Positions 28,841 to 39,167 of a stretch of DNA of 64,000 bases are shown here, piece by piece. Each line of letters opens with the position of its first letter. The first letter of the stretch is position 1. The DNA lies in NCBI GenBank assembly GCA_964410025.1, contig CAYPFA010000003.1, positions 85,259-149,258 on the forward strand. Direction: 5' to 3'. The position numbers and the translations under genes are program-made. The notes below the pieces were generated by a model. The model was not told the origin of the DNA and did not search any database. It worked only from the letters and a program-made list of their open reading frames with translations. This stretch comes from Candidatus Woesearchaeota archaeon (GTDB taxonomy: Archaea; Nanobdellota; Nanobdellia; Pacearchaeales; GW2011-AR1).

Positions 28841-29079
28841 GTATACTATGTTCATTCTATTAGAATAATAAATACAAATTTCTAAAACCTTTATAAATCC
28901 CGAATAACTTGGTATTTTAACACGAGTTCGTGTTGATAACTCAAATTGCGATAGGAAAATATCAACGAAAGTTGATGAATAAAATAACATGGAATAATGT
29001 ATTTTGAGCAATTTGTACTATAGATTTGCAGAGCAAGTAAATAGGAAGGTTGTCAGCAAGGAAACTATGTGTCCTTACG

Positions 29080-30180
29080 ATGGCATTTAGCGAAGCAGAA
29101 AAATATGAATTTGAAGAAACGGTAAAAGAACTAGCTGGCTATAGAGGAAGACACACTGAACTAATTAGCGTCTTAATTCCGGCAGACTATAACATTAACA
29201 ACGTAGTTAGACAAATAGACACTGAAAAAGGTACGGCAGAAAACATCAAATCAAAAAACACAAGAAAAGCAGTTTTAGATTCACTTGAAAGAATTTCTAG
29301 ACAATTAAAACTAATCGGTCAAAAACTTCCGAAAAACGGACTTGCGCTTTATGCTGGAAATGTTTCAGAAGTTGAAGGACAAGAAGATGTTAGAATTTGG
29401 TGCATAGAGCCCCCAAAAGAAATGAGAGTGAAAATTTATCGATGTGATCAAACTTTTGTCGTTGAGCCATTGCAGGAAATGCTTCAAACTGACGAGGTTT
29501 ATGGCCTACTATTAATTGAAAGAAAAGAAGCAACAATTGGAATTCTTGAGGGAAAAGCAATAAAACTTTTGCAAACAATGTCGTCCGGAATTCCATCAAA
29601 GGTTAGAGCTGGTGGCCAGTCTGCAATGAGATATCATCATTTAGCCGAAGATGCTGCAAAAGAATTTTTCAGAAAAGTTGCGGATGAAATGAAGAAACAA
29701 TTTTTTGAAAATAAAAAACTCAAGGGAATTTTAATCGGCGGACCAGTTCCTACAAAAGACGAGTTTTTAGCAACAGGAAATTTAACAACCCAGTTAAAAG
29801 ATAAAGTTATTGCCGTAAAAGACATTGGCGATACCGAAATGCATGGACTTAAAATGCTTGTTCAGGCTTGTGAAGACGTTTTAGCAGAACAAGAAGTCAC
29901 AAAACAAAAACAAATCTTAGATGAATTTTTTGCAGCACTAGGAAAAGAACCAGAAAAAGTTGCCTACGGAGAAGCAGAAGTTGAGGAAAGATTAAATCAA
30001 GGAGCAGTCGGAAAATTAATTTTATCCAAATCATTAGCAAGAGAAAAAATCAAACATTTCGAAGTACTTGCAAAAAAAACATCTGTAGAAATTCATATTG
30101 TTTCCAACGAAAGCCATGAGGGAGTTCAGTTTATGAACATCGGCGGCGTCGGAGGCCTTCTTCGTTTCGCTATGTCTTAA
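29080..30180 (+). CDS. prf1: peptide chain release factor aRF1
   Basis: NIKS and GGQ (GGQSAMRY) motifs. ATG at 29080; the ORF track starts at TTG 29050. Confidence 0.93.
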   Translation: MAFSEAEKYEFEETVKELAGYRGRHTELISVLIPADYNINNVVRQIDTEKGTAENIKSKNTRKAVLDSLERISRQLKLIGQKLPKNGLALYAGNVSEVEGQEDVRIWCIEPPKEMRVKIYRCDQTFVVEPLQEMLQTDEVYGLLLIERKEATIGILEGKAIKLLQTMSSGIPSKVRAGGQSAMRYHHLAEDAAKEFFRKVADEMKKQFFENKKLKGILIGGPVPTKDEFLATGNLTTQLKDKVIAVKDIGDTEMHGLKMLVQACEDVLAEQEVTKQKQILDEFFAALGKEPEKVAYGEAEVEERLNQGAVGKLILSKSLAREKIKHFEVLAKKTSVEIHIVSNESHEGVQFMNIGGVGGLLRFAMS

Positions 30181-30332
30181 GAAGGCCGGAGACTGTAGGT
30201 GGCGAGCTGTTTGGCTTTTTGAACAAATTAAAATTGTAGAAAAATCAAGAAGAGCAGACATCGAGAAATTTTTAGATTTGCGATGAGCTAATACTTCAAA
30301 AAGCTTATAATAGCTATTTTCTTATCAATTTT

Positions 30333-30968
30333 ATGCCAGAAGAACAGTTTGAACACATGAAAAAAGAGCCAGTTATTACGGAAGAAACTACCGGAGAGCT
30401 AGATAATCTTTTTGAAGAAAAGGAAAAGGAATCAGAAGAAAGAGTTGAGGCAGCACTTTTCATTTCTGGTAGGTTTCTAAACATTCAAGATTTAATTATG
30501 CTAACCGATATTAATCCAATTATGCTCAAAGAAATTCTTGCCAGACTTGAAAAAAAATATTCTAGAGGCGCATTAAGACTAGTTAATAGAAGCAGTTCTT
30601 GGAAAATGGATGTGGCTGAAAAATATTCTTATATGACCAATAAACTTGCCTCGGGAAGCGCCGAATTTACAAAGGCAGAACAAGAAACTCTCGCGGTGAT
30701 TGCTTACAAACAACCGATAAAACAATCTGTCGTTATAAAAATAAGAGGAAATAAAGCCTACGAACATATTCATAAATTTATAGAACTCGGATTGGTTCAG
30801 GCAAAAAAAGTAGGGCACACAAATGATTTATTATTATCCGAAGAATTTTATGAATATTTTAGCGTGCAAAAAAAACAAATTGTGAAAGAAGATTCTGAAG
30901 AGTTAGAGGCCAAGGAAGGTCGTGTCGCCGAGAAAGAAAAAATAGAAGATGATTCTACGGAGGAATGA
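30333..30968 (+). CDS. scpB: segregation and condensation protein B
   Basis: EAALFISGRFL..LSKAEQETLAVIAYKQPI..IRGNKAYEHI matches the tandem wHTH pattern of ScpB. Confidence 0.8.
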   Translation: MPEEQFEHMKKEPVITEETTGELDNLFEEKEKESEERVEAALFISGRFLNIQDLIMLTDINPIMLKEILARLEKKYSRGALRLVNRSSSWKMDVAEKYSYMTNKLASGSAEFTKAEQETLAVIAYKQPIKQSVVIKIRGNKAYEHIHKFIELGLVQAKKVGHTNDLLLSEEFYEYFSVQKKQIVKEDSEELEAKEGRVAEKEKIEDDSTEE

Positions 30969-32197
30969 TGGAATTTTTAACAATTATTTATTTCGTCTAT
31001 ATGTTTTTTTCTATTTATTTTTTATCTTTTTTCTTAATTTTGTATTTAAAAAATAGAAATATTTTATTTGGACATCCTATTGCAAAAAGAGAATATTCCG
31101 TAAGTGTTTTAATTCCATGTTACAACGAGGAGGATGCCATAGAAGGTACATTAGAATCAGTAATGAATTTAGACTATCCGGGGGTAAAAGAAGTAATAGC
31201 AATTAATGATGAAAGCAGGGACAGAACATTGGAAATATTAAAAAAATTGCAAAAAAAATATCCAATGTTGAAGATTCTAGATAAAAAAAATTCTGGTAAA
31301 GCAGACTCGCTAAATCAGGCAATAAAAATTGCGAAAGGTGAACTCATTGTAGTTGTTGATTCAGACTCTTTTCCAAAATCCGATGCCCTAACAAAAACCG
31401 TAGGATTTTTTGACGATCCAGAAGTTGGCGTTGCTACAATTCCAATTTTAGTGAGAAACACAAACACTCTTTTGGGCAGAATGCAGGCACTAGAATATGC
31501 AACCATTGCCTTCACCAGAAAACTTTTACAATCAATAAATGCAATTTATGTAACACCTGGCCCATTCGCTGTTTATAGAAAAAAAGCTCTTCTTGACGTT
31601 GGCGGTTTTGATTCAAAAAATATTACGGAAGACGTAGAAATCACCTGGCATTTAGCATCGAGAAATTGGAAAAGAATGATGACGCTAGACACCGAAGTAA
31701 CAACCATCGCTCCAGAGAAATTAGGTGGCTGGTGGAAGCAAAGAAATCGGTGGGACGTAGGTGGTTTCCAGTGCATCGGAAAATATTCAAATCAAATGAT
31801 TAAAAATCCCAGAAATATTATTGCCTATTTCATAGTACCATTTTTTACAATTTCCATTTTTCTAGGTTTTTTAGGAATGGCAGTTTTATTTTTTATACTA
31901 ACCAGAGGACTCATTAGTAAATATATTTTCGCAAAATATTCCATACTAGCGCATACCGCCATTTTCAGTACAAACTCCTTTCTTTTTACGCCCTCTATTT
32001 TAACATATTTTGGGATCATTCTTTTTGTTGCAGGACTAATTTTCTCCGGAATGATATTGCTATTGATGGAAGTAGATCTGTTTAGGGGAAAAAGATTTGG
32101 CGAATTTTTATTCTATTTGGTGGCATATTTGATGCTTTACCCGCTTGTTTTGATTACCGCAACATTTAAATTTATAAGAAAAGACATGAGATGGTAA
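30965..32197 (+). CDS. family 2 glycosyltransferase (processive, membrane-embedded synthase type)
   Basis: The protein shows VLIPCYNEE, a DSD motif and QRNRW (QxxRW). TM helices flank the catalytic domain. Confidence 0.85.
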   Translation: MMEFLTIIYFVYMFFSIYFLSFFLILYLKNRNILFGHPIAKREYSVSVLIPCYNEEDAIEGTLESVMNLDYPGVKEVIAINDESRDRTLEILKKLQKKYPMLKILDKKNSGKADSLNQAIKIAKGELIVVVDSDSFPKSDALTKTVGFFDDPEVGVATIPILVRNTNTLLGRMQALEYATIAFTRKLLQSINAIYVTPGPFAVYRKKALLDVGGFDSKNITEDVEITWHLASRNWKRMMTLDTEVTTIAPEKLGGWWKQRNRWDVGGFQCIGKYSNQMIKNPRNIIAYFIVPFFTISIFLGFLGMAVLFFILTRGLISKYIFAKYSILAHTAIFSTNSFLFTPSILTYFGIILFVAGLIFSGMILLLMEVDLFRGKRFGEFLFYLVAYLMLYPLVLITATFKFIRKDMRW

Positions 32198-32853
32198 TGG
32201 AAAAAAGATTAAGCGATAATCATGTGTTTTGGGAGGCACTTATAGTTGCACTTTTCATTTTCGCATTCGGTTTTCTCATCGGAGTATTTATAGAAAACTC
32301 CAGAAGCGCCGATATTGATTCCCTTTATTTTTCATCCGAAACCAACCTTCTTGATGTTCAGATGTTCGCAGGATTAATAGGAGCGGACAATATAAGTTGT
32401 GACTATAGAATTCAAAAGAATATTGAGTTTGCTGACTCAATCTATAGCGAAGCAGTAAAGCTTGATGAATATGAAACAGTAAGTAAGCTAACTGATGAAT
32501 TGGTAGTACAGCACAAAAGATATGACCTATTAAGATTACAATTTTGGATTAACAGCATAAATCTTAAGAAATCTTGCGGAGGAGTTCATACGGTAGTTTA
32601 TCTTTATAATTATTATAATAAATCTCTTCAGGATAAGCAAGAGCAGCAGGTTTTTTCAAGATTTTTAACTGAGTTGAAAGGAAGGAATGAAGAGAATGTT
32701 TTTTTAATACCGATAGCAAAAAATATAGAAATTTCAAGTCTTGATTTAATGCTGAGACCATATAATATCACAGAGGATGACACTGCAGCTATAATAATAG
32801 ATGAAAAAGATGTTTATTCTGATGTGGAAAGCTTATATCAAATAAAATTTTAG
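32191..32853 (+). CDS. hypothetical membrane-anchored protein
   Basis: 220 aa with an N-terminal TM. Overlaps the GT2 stop by 7 nt, so probably co-transcribed. Confidence 0.5.
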   Translation: MVMEKRLSDNHVFWEALIVALFIFAFGFLIGVFIENSRSADIDSLYFSSETNLLDVQMFAGLIGADNISCDYRIQKNIEFADSIYSEAVKLDEYETVSKLTDELVVQHKRYDLLRLQFWINSINLKKSCGGVHTVVYLYNYYNKSLQDKQEQQVFSRFLTELKGRNEENVFLIPIAKNIEISSLDLMLRPYNITEDDTAAIIIDEKDVYSDVESLYQIKF

Positions 32854-32904
32854 CTAATACTTCACCACCACAATACTTAAAAAAAGAATTTTGCAGTTAT
32901 CTTT

Positions 32905-33783
32905 ATGGCAAAATGTGCAGTTTGTAATAAACAGGAAGAGCAAGTTCAATTATTTGACGGAGTTTACGACGGAAGAGTGTCTAAAATCTGTTTTCATTGT
33001 TCTCAAAGAGAAGGCATAGTTTTAATTAAAAAACCAACGCCAGAACAACTTGCTGAAGCGCAAAAAAGGCATTCTGTAAGAGAGTTAATGGAAAAAATTT
33101 CCTCTCCGCAGAAAAAAATTATGGTTAAGGATCAAATGATTGCGCATAAAAATCTTGCAAAATTAAAATTTCCAGGAATGAAGCAAGAACATGGAGATTT
33201 AGTTCAAAATTATGATTGGGTTTTAAAACAAGCCAGAAGACATGCAAAGTTTTCCACAGCACAAGTTTCTGAAAAAATAGGCTTTAAAAAAGAACAAATA
33301 GAGGCTTTAGAGTCTGGACAATTATTCTCTGGTTTTGAAAGAGTAGCCTACGCGCTTGAAAACTTATTCGATATAAAGATTTTAAAAAATAATGAAGTCT
33401 CTGCCAAGTTTGTGAAGCAAAACCCGAAAATTCAAGAAGAAAAAAAAGAAATAGGTAGCAAGCAGAGATCAATCATAGATTCGGTTCGTGCAACAATGCA
33501 AAGACACAATTTTTTAGTTAAAAACAAATCCCTTGACCAAATAGATAAAGAAATGGAGCGAGACGAAGAGACATCACATGAAGTTATAGATTTGGATGAA
33601 TTAAGACAACAAAAAAAGCAAGAACGATCAGAAAAATCACAAAGACATCATGAGCTTTCTGAAGACATGGAATCTGGAAAATTTGATTTTTCTAGAAAAG
33701 AGAATTTGGATAAAATAAGAATCCAGGATTTGACTGAACTTAAAAAAATGAAACAAGAAAAGGAAAGACTTAGACAAGATTAA
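32905..33783 (+). CDS. zinc-ribbon plus XRE-type HTH protein with charged C-terminal tail
   Basis: CAVCNK..CFHC N-terminal ribbon, an HTH segment (AKFSTAQVSEKIGFKKEQIEALESG), and a Lys/Glu-rich tail. Confidence 0.55.
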   Translation: MAKCAVCNKQEEQVQLFDGVYDGRVSKICFHCSQREGIVLIKKPTPEQLAEAQKRHSVRELMEKISSPQKKIMVKDQMIAHKNLAKLKFPGMKQEHGDLVQNYDWVLKQARRHAKFSTAQVSEKIGFKKEQIEALESGQLFSGFERVAYALENLFDIKILKNNEVSAKFVKQNPKIQEEKKEIGSKQRSIIDSVRATMQRHNFLVKNKSLDQIDKEMERDEETSHEVIDLDELRQQKKQERSEKSQRHHELSEDMESGKFDFSRKENLDKIRIQDLTELKKMKQEKERLRQD

Positions 33784-33852
33784 AAAATGATTAGAGAAGA
33801 AACTTTTTTAGAACTAAATTTTTTGAACAATGACTGACTAATTTTTTAAGAA

Positions 33853-34128
33853 ATGAATAGAGAATCAGTTCAATCAATAGATACTCCAGAGGGATATTGG
33901 AGCGTCTTTAGAGAAAAATTTCTTAAGATGTATGGAGGAAGAGGCTTTGTTATCTTGGAAGATGAAAGGAATTTCGGAGCACAGTCAACCTATTATCCAA
34001 CGATAGATTCTCTAAGGGCAGTTTATAAAAAATATTCTCAAAAAAATCCCACATCAATTGACGGAGTTATTGTGAAAGACCTTGAGAGAGAAATTGAAGA
34101 GTGGAAAATGGAAAGACGCAGAGTATAA
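33853..34128 (+). CDS. hypothetical protein
   Basis: 91-aa ORF with ATG start. Confidence 0.45.
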   Translation: MNRESVQSIDTPEGYWSVFREKFLKMYGGRGFVILEDERNFGAQSTYYPTIDSLRAVYKKYSQKNPTSIDGVIVKDLEREIEEWKMERRRV

Positions 34129-34752
34129 TTATCCTAAATATCTCAAAACACCAGGTCTAGGTTCATATATCATCCCATCTTCTAAAAGATGTTTTATTTC
34201 AGCGTTAATCAAGTCTGGAGAGGCTTCCGTGTCTAGGATTAATTGTTCCTTATCTATTCCACCCTTTGAGTCTGATGTTTTAATTTTTTCAAGAATTACG
34301 TCTCTAATCGGAGCATTTGAGGGAAGCGGGATATCTTTTCTTAAATTCTGAATCTCAAGTTTTCTAACTAGAAGCCATTTTGGATCAACTTTTTTTGTAA
34401 TTTCCGGAGTAACGTAAAGTTCGCTATTATATTCTCTCATGACACCAATAATCTGTAAAGTATCTCCCTGTGTTATGTCCTTAAGGTTCGCAACATCATC
34501 ACCAAATGCCTTTAATTTTAATTGTCCCGAAGCATCATCAACAGTAATGGAAGCATATTTTTTCTCCCCATCATTAAAATATTTATCAACCACATTCGCA
34601 ATTACATTCACTCTAATAATTTTTTTATCTCCCAATTCAAGAAAAAGTAATCTTCCTTCGTTAACTATTGGTTTTGCTTTTAGAATGTCTCCAATCCTAA
34701 GCTTGTAAGCAATATTCCTCTTTCTCTGTTCTGAATCACCTATTTCTGGCAT
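34129..34752 (-). CDS. RPA-like OB-fold ssDNA-binding protein with C-terminal winged helix
   Basis: OB segment (IRVNVIANVVDKY..ASITVDDASGQLKLKAF..LQIIGVMREYN), then a C-terminal wHTH-like segment as in RPA32. Lies downstream of mcm. Confidence 0.65.
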   Translation of the reverse strand: MPEIGDSEQRKRNIAYKLRIGDILKAKPIVNEGRLLFLELGDKKIIRVNVIANVVDKYFNDGEKKYASITVDDASGQLKLKAFGDDVANLKDITQGDTLQIIGVMREYNSELYVTPEITKKVDPKWLLVRKLEIQNLRKDIPLPSNAPIRDVILEKIKTSDSKGGIDKEQLILDTEASPDLINAEIKHLLEDGMIYEPRPGVLRYLG

Positions 34753-34835
34753 GCTCTAAGCAGATTTTTTAGTTTTATAAAGATTTATGTTGTAAAGTAA
34801 TCTATCTTAGAGTATTCACCAAATAGAATTTTTAT

Positions 34836-35285
34836 TTATTTCTTTTTTATCTGCGTCTTATCATTAAGTATTTTTACAAGTTCGCTTTCCCTAGTTTCAT
34901 ATCTTTTTGATTTTTGAACGGCATTATATAGCAAAAGAAATTCTCTAGCAAATTCTTCATCGTATTTTCTCAATTCGCCAAGAGTTCGAACATACAATGA
35001 ATCCGTTTCTGTTTTTTTGTCCACAGGTTCTTCCAGAGAACGAACGAGTAATTTAGAAAGTTCCGTTGCAATTTCTCTTATTTCGTCAATATTTTTTTGT
35101 CTTCTAACTATTTTAATAATGTCTTCAAGCTCAGGATGGTTTTCATTAGTTTTTTTGATAGAATTATATCCATTCATATAATTATTATATTCTAACAAAT
35201 TACAGACTCCTCTTGAAATTGGATTTGCCATTCGATCAGATAATGCGTCCGACTTTCCCCTATTATACCAAATTTCAGTCATCAC
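34836..35285 (-). CDS. hypothetical protein
   Basis: 149-aa ORF. Its start overlaps the upstream stop by 4 nt (ATGA). Confidence 0.5.
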   Translation of the reverse strand: MMTEIWYNRGKSDALSDRMANPISRGVCNLLEYNNYMNGYNSIKKTNENHPELEDIIKIVRRQKNIDEIREIATELSKLLVRSLEEPVDKKTETDSLYVRTLGELRKYDEEFAREFLLLYNAVQKSKRYETRESELVKILNDKTQIKKK

Positions 35286-35710
35286 TCAATATCTCCATCT
35301 TTTAAATTATATCCCAAAGTCTTTGCATATTTTTTATACTGCATCAGTTTTTCATTCAAAGATATTGCCCTTTCAGCAAACGGATATTTTAATCTACTTA
35401 AATCTCCTACACTATATGGGATTTCCATTCCATCATCTCTTTTTACAATAATTCTTCCACTTTCTCCATTAACATTATATGAAATAATATAGCCCTCTCT
35501 TCCCGTGCCGGTGATAACCATACATCCCTCTTGCTTGTTTTTTTGTCCACTAATAAATTCCTCTAAGCTTAGAAGTCTTGCTCTGACCGGTGACTCTTTT
35601 GAAACTTCTAGATGTTCGACTTTTTGTGCAGGCACAGGTATAACTTTTTCAGATTTTCCTAATTGCGATGAAGGAATATTCGCTTTGGCTGGTTCTTTTT
35701 TGCCAAACAT
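35282..35710 (-). CDS. hypothetical protein
   Basis: 142-aa ORF between mcm and the RPA-like gene. Confidence 0.5.
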   Translation of the reverse strand: MFGKKEPAKANIPSSQLGKSEKVIPVPAQKVEHLEVSKESPVRARLLSLEEFISGQKNKQEGCMVITGTGREGYIISYNVNGESGRIIVKRDDGMEIPYSVGDLSRLKYPFAERAISLNEKLMQYKKYAKTLGYNLKDGDIE

Positions 35711-35828
35711 AAAAACATAAGGATTGTTCCATTTTTAAGGATTTATGAGATAAATAAACAGAATAGATTCGCAGTATTAAACTATATACTAGAACATATA
35801 TATTACAAAATATACTTTAGACTATATA

Positions 35829-37907
35829 TTACATTCTTTGAACATAACCCTTTCGCGGTCTAAATAAATCTCCAGCTCTAACTAATTTATCCATCGCCTC
35901 TTCAATTTCATCTGGCTTAAGTTTTCCTTCTGACGCTTTCTCAACTTCTTCCATCGGAATTAATTTACCAAGTCTTACTTCCAACTGCTCAAGAATTTCT
36001 TTTAGTGTAAATATTTTATTTCTCTTTGATGCCGGATTACCACCAATTTTATCAATATCAAAACTTTTAGATTCTTCATCGTAACCAACTTGCATCATAT
36101 AATATTTCATCAAATCAATTGCGCTCTGAGCATCTTCTTCAGTCACAAATTTTGCCAGTCTAGCCTTTGCAGTTGCCTCGGCTAATCTAACTAATGCCTC
36201 CAGCTGTCTTGCCGAAATTGGTATTGGTCTAGTTTCGCCACCACCAGCAATCGGCTGATTTCTTAATCCTACGTAAAATGTTTTGATTACTTTTATAGCC
36301 TCATCAGATAATGCAGGATGACATTTTTGTTTCGCATAAGAAATATATTTTCTAAGTAAATCTTTTTCTATAATATCTGTTCCACCATGTGATTTATGCT
36401 GATGTTCCTGCAACACGTGAGCCGCAATACTTTCATCTCTAATTCTGTTCGGGAGATCTCTTAGGATAAATAAAACGTCGAATCTGTTTAACAAAGAGGG
36501 AGCCAAATTAACCTGCTTAGCAATCATTTCATGTGGATCAAATCTACCAAATTTTGGATTCGCTGCTGCAAGAACTGAAGTCTGCGCCCTCAAAGTTGCC
36601 TGAACATTTGCTTTAGAAATTGTAACCGTCTGCTGCTCCATGGCTTCATGCATCGTCGATCTATCATTCTCATCCATTTTTTCTAACTCGTCAATACAAA
36701 CTAAACCCTTATTAGACAAAACCATCGCTCCCGCTTCTAAAGCCCAACCTCTTAAAAATTCATCCTTAACCACAGTAGCTGTAAGACCAGCACCCGATGC
36801 AGATTTACCGGAAACATATCTTCCCTTTGGAGCAATGCCAGAAATAAATTTCAGCATAACGGATTTCGCTACACCCGGATCACCCACAAGTAAAATATGC
36901 ATATCTCCTCTAGTCAATGTTCCATCGCTCTTTTTCTTTTGAACTCCACCGAATAATTGTAATGCCAAAGCTTGTTTAATTTCAGGATAACCCCAAACCG
37001 AAGGAGCAATACTTGCGACAAGTTTTTTATAAATATCCGGACTAGCAGCAAGTTCCTTTATTTCTTGCTCCTCATCTTCATTAATCTTAATATCTTCATA
37101 ACTTTCTTCTAGGGGAATTACATTGTTCGCCTCAATCGCTAAATCAAAACGCGTTAAAATTCCACCAGTTTTTGCCGGCAAAGGAACTTCTTTCAAAACT
37201 CCAATAACTAAAACTTTACTACCAGGAGTTGTTCTCTCTTCCATTTTCGGATCTACTAAATCTTCCTTAAGAAAAACTTGCATTCGTTTCGGCTGTTCAC
37301 CGCCAGAAAGCGCATCAGGAGATTCTTCAATAACAATTCTTTGGGCGTCAACCATTTCTTTGCTTAATTCCTTAAATCCACCACGTCTTCCACAAGAACA
37401 TCTTGAAGGCTCTCTAAATTTTTCGTCAATCTGTAAAACGCTTAAAATAGTTCCACAAGCAGGACATTCAAAACGCGCATTTGTAACTCGCGGTCTAACC
37501 TCGGAAGCCTGTCTGACAATTCCCTCAATAGAAATCATCGTATTAAGGTTTTTTGCTCTAATATTTCTAATCTTTACGTCTTGCGTTTTTGATAAACTAA
37601 TCAGTCTAACTCTAGCATTTGAAATTAAACCACCCTCATGTAAGGCTAGCTCTAAAACCTGTATAGCTTCATCTGGGGAAATAATTAATCTTTCCGCGAG
37701 TTCAGGTGACTGCTCAGAAAGTTCGTCAAAATTAACCTTAACAATTTTTTCAGAAGATTTCGCGCTTTCACCAAGTTGCTTTCTTTGAGTATTGAAGAAA
37801 CTCTTTGCCTCATTGATTAAATCCTCTTGATTAACCTTTCCAGGAGCAGAAGGCATATTATCTGAATCATCTTCCGCTATCTCCTCATTTCCAAAGTCCT
37901 CTTCCAT
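35829..37907 (-). CDS. mcm: MCM replicative helicase
   Basis: The protein has a zinc motif CPACG..CSCG and Walker A GDPGVAKS. It also has Walker B CIDELEKM and an arginine-finger region LLNRFDVLF. 692 aa. Confidence 0.97.
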   Translation of the reverse strand: MEEDFGNEEIAEDDSDNMPSAPGKVNQEDLINEAKSFFNTQRKQLGESAKSSEKIVKVNFDELSEQSPELAERLIISPDEAIQVLELALHEGGLISNARVRLISLSKTQDVKIRNIRAKNLNTMISIEGIVRQASEVRPRVTNARFECPACGTILSVLQIDEKFREPSRCSCGRRGGFKELSKEMVDAQRIVIEESPDALSGGEQPKRMQVFLKEDLVDPKMEERTTPGSKVLVIGVLKEVPLPAKTGGILTRFDLAIEANNVIPLEESYEDIKINEDEEQEIKELAASPDIYKKLVASIAPSVWGYPEIKQALALQLFGGVQKKKSDGTLTRGDMHILLVGDPGVAKSVMLKFISGIAPKGRYVSGKSASGAGLTATVVKDEFLRGWALEAGAMVLSNKGLVCIDELEKMDENDRSTMHEAMEQQTVTISKANVQATLRAQTSVLAAANPKFGRFDPHEMIAKQVNLAPSLLNRFDVLFILRDLPNRIRDESIAAHVLQEHQHKSHGGTDIIEKDLLRKYISYAKQKCHPALSDEAIKVIKTFYVGLRNQPIAGGGETRPIPISARQLEALVRLAEATAKARLAKFVTEEDAQSAIDLMKYYMMQVGYDEESKSFDIDKIGGNPASKRNKIFTLKEILEQLEVRLGKLIPMEEVEKASEGKLKPDEIEEAMDKLVRAGDLFRPRKGYVQRM

Positions 37908-38018
37908 GATTCTTTATAACATTCCCTTCTTTTAAGCTTTTGTGGTTTTTGAGATATATATTCAGAAGATATTCCTTAGTATACAATTATTTAAATAACA
38001 AAATATAATTAATTTAAT

Positions 38019-38252
38019 ATGCGACAAACTCGGCCATCACAATATGAATTACAAAATCAATTCTATGAGTGGACACTTAAAGAAGCACGAAAAGCTGGTG
38101 TTGGTCAGGATGTTTTTTATTTTAGGCATATGAGAGAATATTATGCAAAATTTGATAATAGATGTGAATGTGGAGATAAAATTTCTCCATTTGAAGTTCG
38201 TTGTGCGGGTTGCATATTGGATGGATTAAAAAAAGCAAAAAACTTTAGTTAA
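38019..38252 (+). CDS. hypothetical small Cys-containing protein
   Basis: 77-aa ORF with CECGDK..CAGC. Confidence 0.4.
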   Translation: MRQTRPSQYELQNQFYEWTLKEARKAGVGQDVFYFRHMREYYAKFDNRCECGDKISPFEVRCAGCILDGLKKAKNFS

Positions 38253-39090
38253 ACACAAACTCAGACTTTCCAACAATATCACCTTGGTCTGCGAATTTGT
38301 ATATTCCTATGAATTTATTCTTACAGAATATTGCAAATTGTTCATCTGTGATTCTTTTTTTCTCCACCAGGTCTCTTGCAAACAAGGGTTTACCACTTTT
38401 CAAAGCGAATAAAGCAGCTTCCCTAACTTCATAGAATGGCATAACTTTCTTTATGGATTCCTCGGCTGGGATAATTATTTTTCTCAACTTTGTGAAATTT
38501 CCCTTTTCCGATTCTTGTACTGCCTTATCAAAGTCATATAGTTTTACACACTGACTTTCATTAAATATGCCAGCCTGAGTTCGTCTCAATTCAGCCATAT
38601 GAGCTCCGCCAATCATTTCGCCCAAGTCCGAACATAGTTTTCTAATGTAGGTTCCGCCCTGAACTTCTGTAATAAATAAAAAATCTTTTTTACTTTCTGA
38701 CTGCTCAACCAATTCAAATCTCATTATTTCTCTTTCTCTCAGCTGTCTTTTCACCCTAGATTTTTGCGGAGGAAGTTGCATTATTTTCCCCATAAAATTT
38801 TCATTAATAAGCTTCTGAAGTGTTTCCATATCTTGTTCTTTATGTGTATGCATAATTCCGACATAAGTTTTATCATGTCCTAAAAAAACTCCTGTTAACT
38901 TGCACGCTCTTCCAAGTGCGACTGGCAAAACACCCGTTACCATCGGATCTAGAGTTCCAAAATGGGAAGTTTTAGTTAAACCTAAGGTTTTTCTAACATA
39001 ATCAGAAACACTGAAACTAGTCGGCCCAGTTGGCTTATCAATTACAATAACTCCAAAATTCAAAAGCTCCTTCATTAATTTCTCGGCCAT
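38245..39090 (-). CDS. cbf5: tRNA/rRNA pseudouridine synthase Cbf5 (TruB family, with PUA domain)
   Basis: VIDKPTGPTS..GTLDPMVTGVLPVALGRA catalytic region and a C-terminal PUA-like segment. ATG at 39090; the ORF track runs to 39111. Confidence 0.9.
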   Translation of the reverse strand: MAEKLMKELLNFGVIVIDKPTGPTSFSVSDYVRKTLGLTKTSHFGTLDPMVTGVLPVALGRACKLTGVFLGHDKTYVGIMHTHKEQDMETLQKLINENFMGKIMQLPPQKSRVKRQLREREIMRFELVEQSESKKDFLFITEVQGGTYIRKLCSDLGEMIGGAHMAELRRTQAGIFNESQCVKLYDFDKAVQESEKGNFTKLRKIIIPAEESIKKVMPFYEVREAALFALKSGKPLFARDLVEKKRITDEQFAIFCKNKFIGIYKFADQGDIVGKSEFVFN

Positions 39091-39167
39091 AAAATATCTC
39101 AGATTAATCAATTTAAAAGCATGTGGGTTTCCATTAACTTTTTATATCTTCTAAAGCTCATTATTTT

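Noticed and set aside
28909-28978. Small hairpins (AACACG/CGTGTT and ATCAAC-GAAA-GTTGAT) and a TGATGA string upstream of aRF1, as a possible C/D-box sRNA
   Set aside because: No matching CTGA D box or terminal stem at the right spacing. The stems are short, and the region is plausibly just a long AT-rich promoter region.
28766-29011. 81-aa minus-strand ORF between the DUF975 gene and aRF1
   Set aside because: It overlaps the DUF975 3' end and has low-complexity, Ile/Phe/Tyr-rich composition typical of random AT-rich ORFs. No motif.
37123-37788. 221-aa plus-strand ORF, and other 60-100-aa ORFs antisense to mcm, ths, ppsA, metG, valS, the UvrD-like helicase and others
   Set aside because: They lie entirely inside, and antisense to, genes with strong conserved motifs. 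Their translations are low-complexity with no motifs. These are typical shadow ORFs of AT-rich coding sequence.
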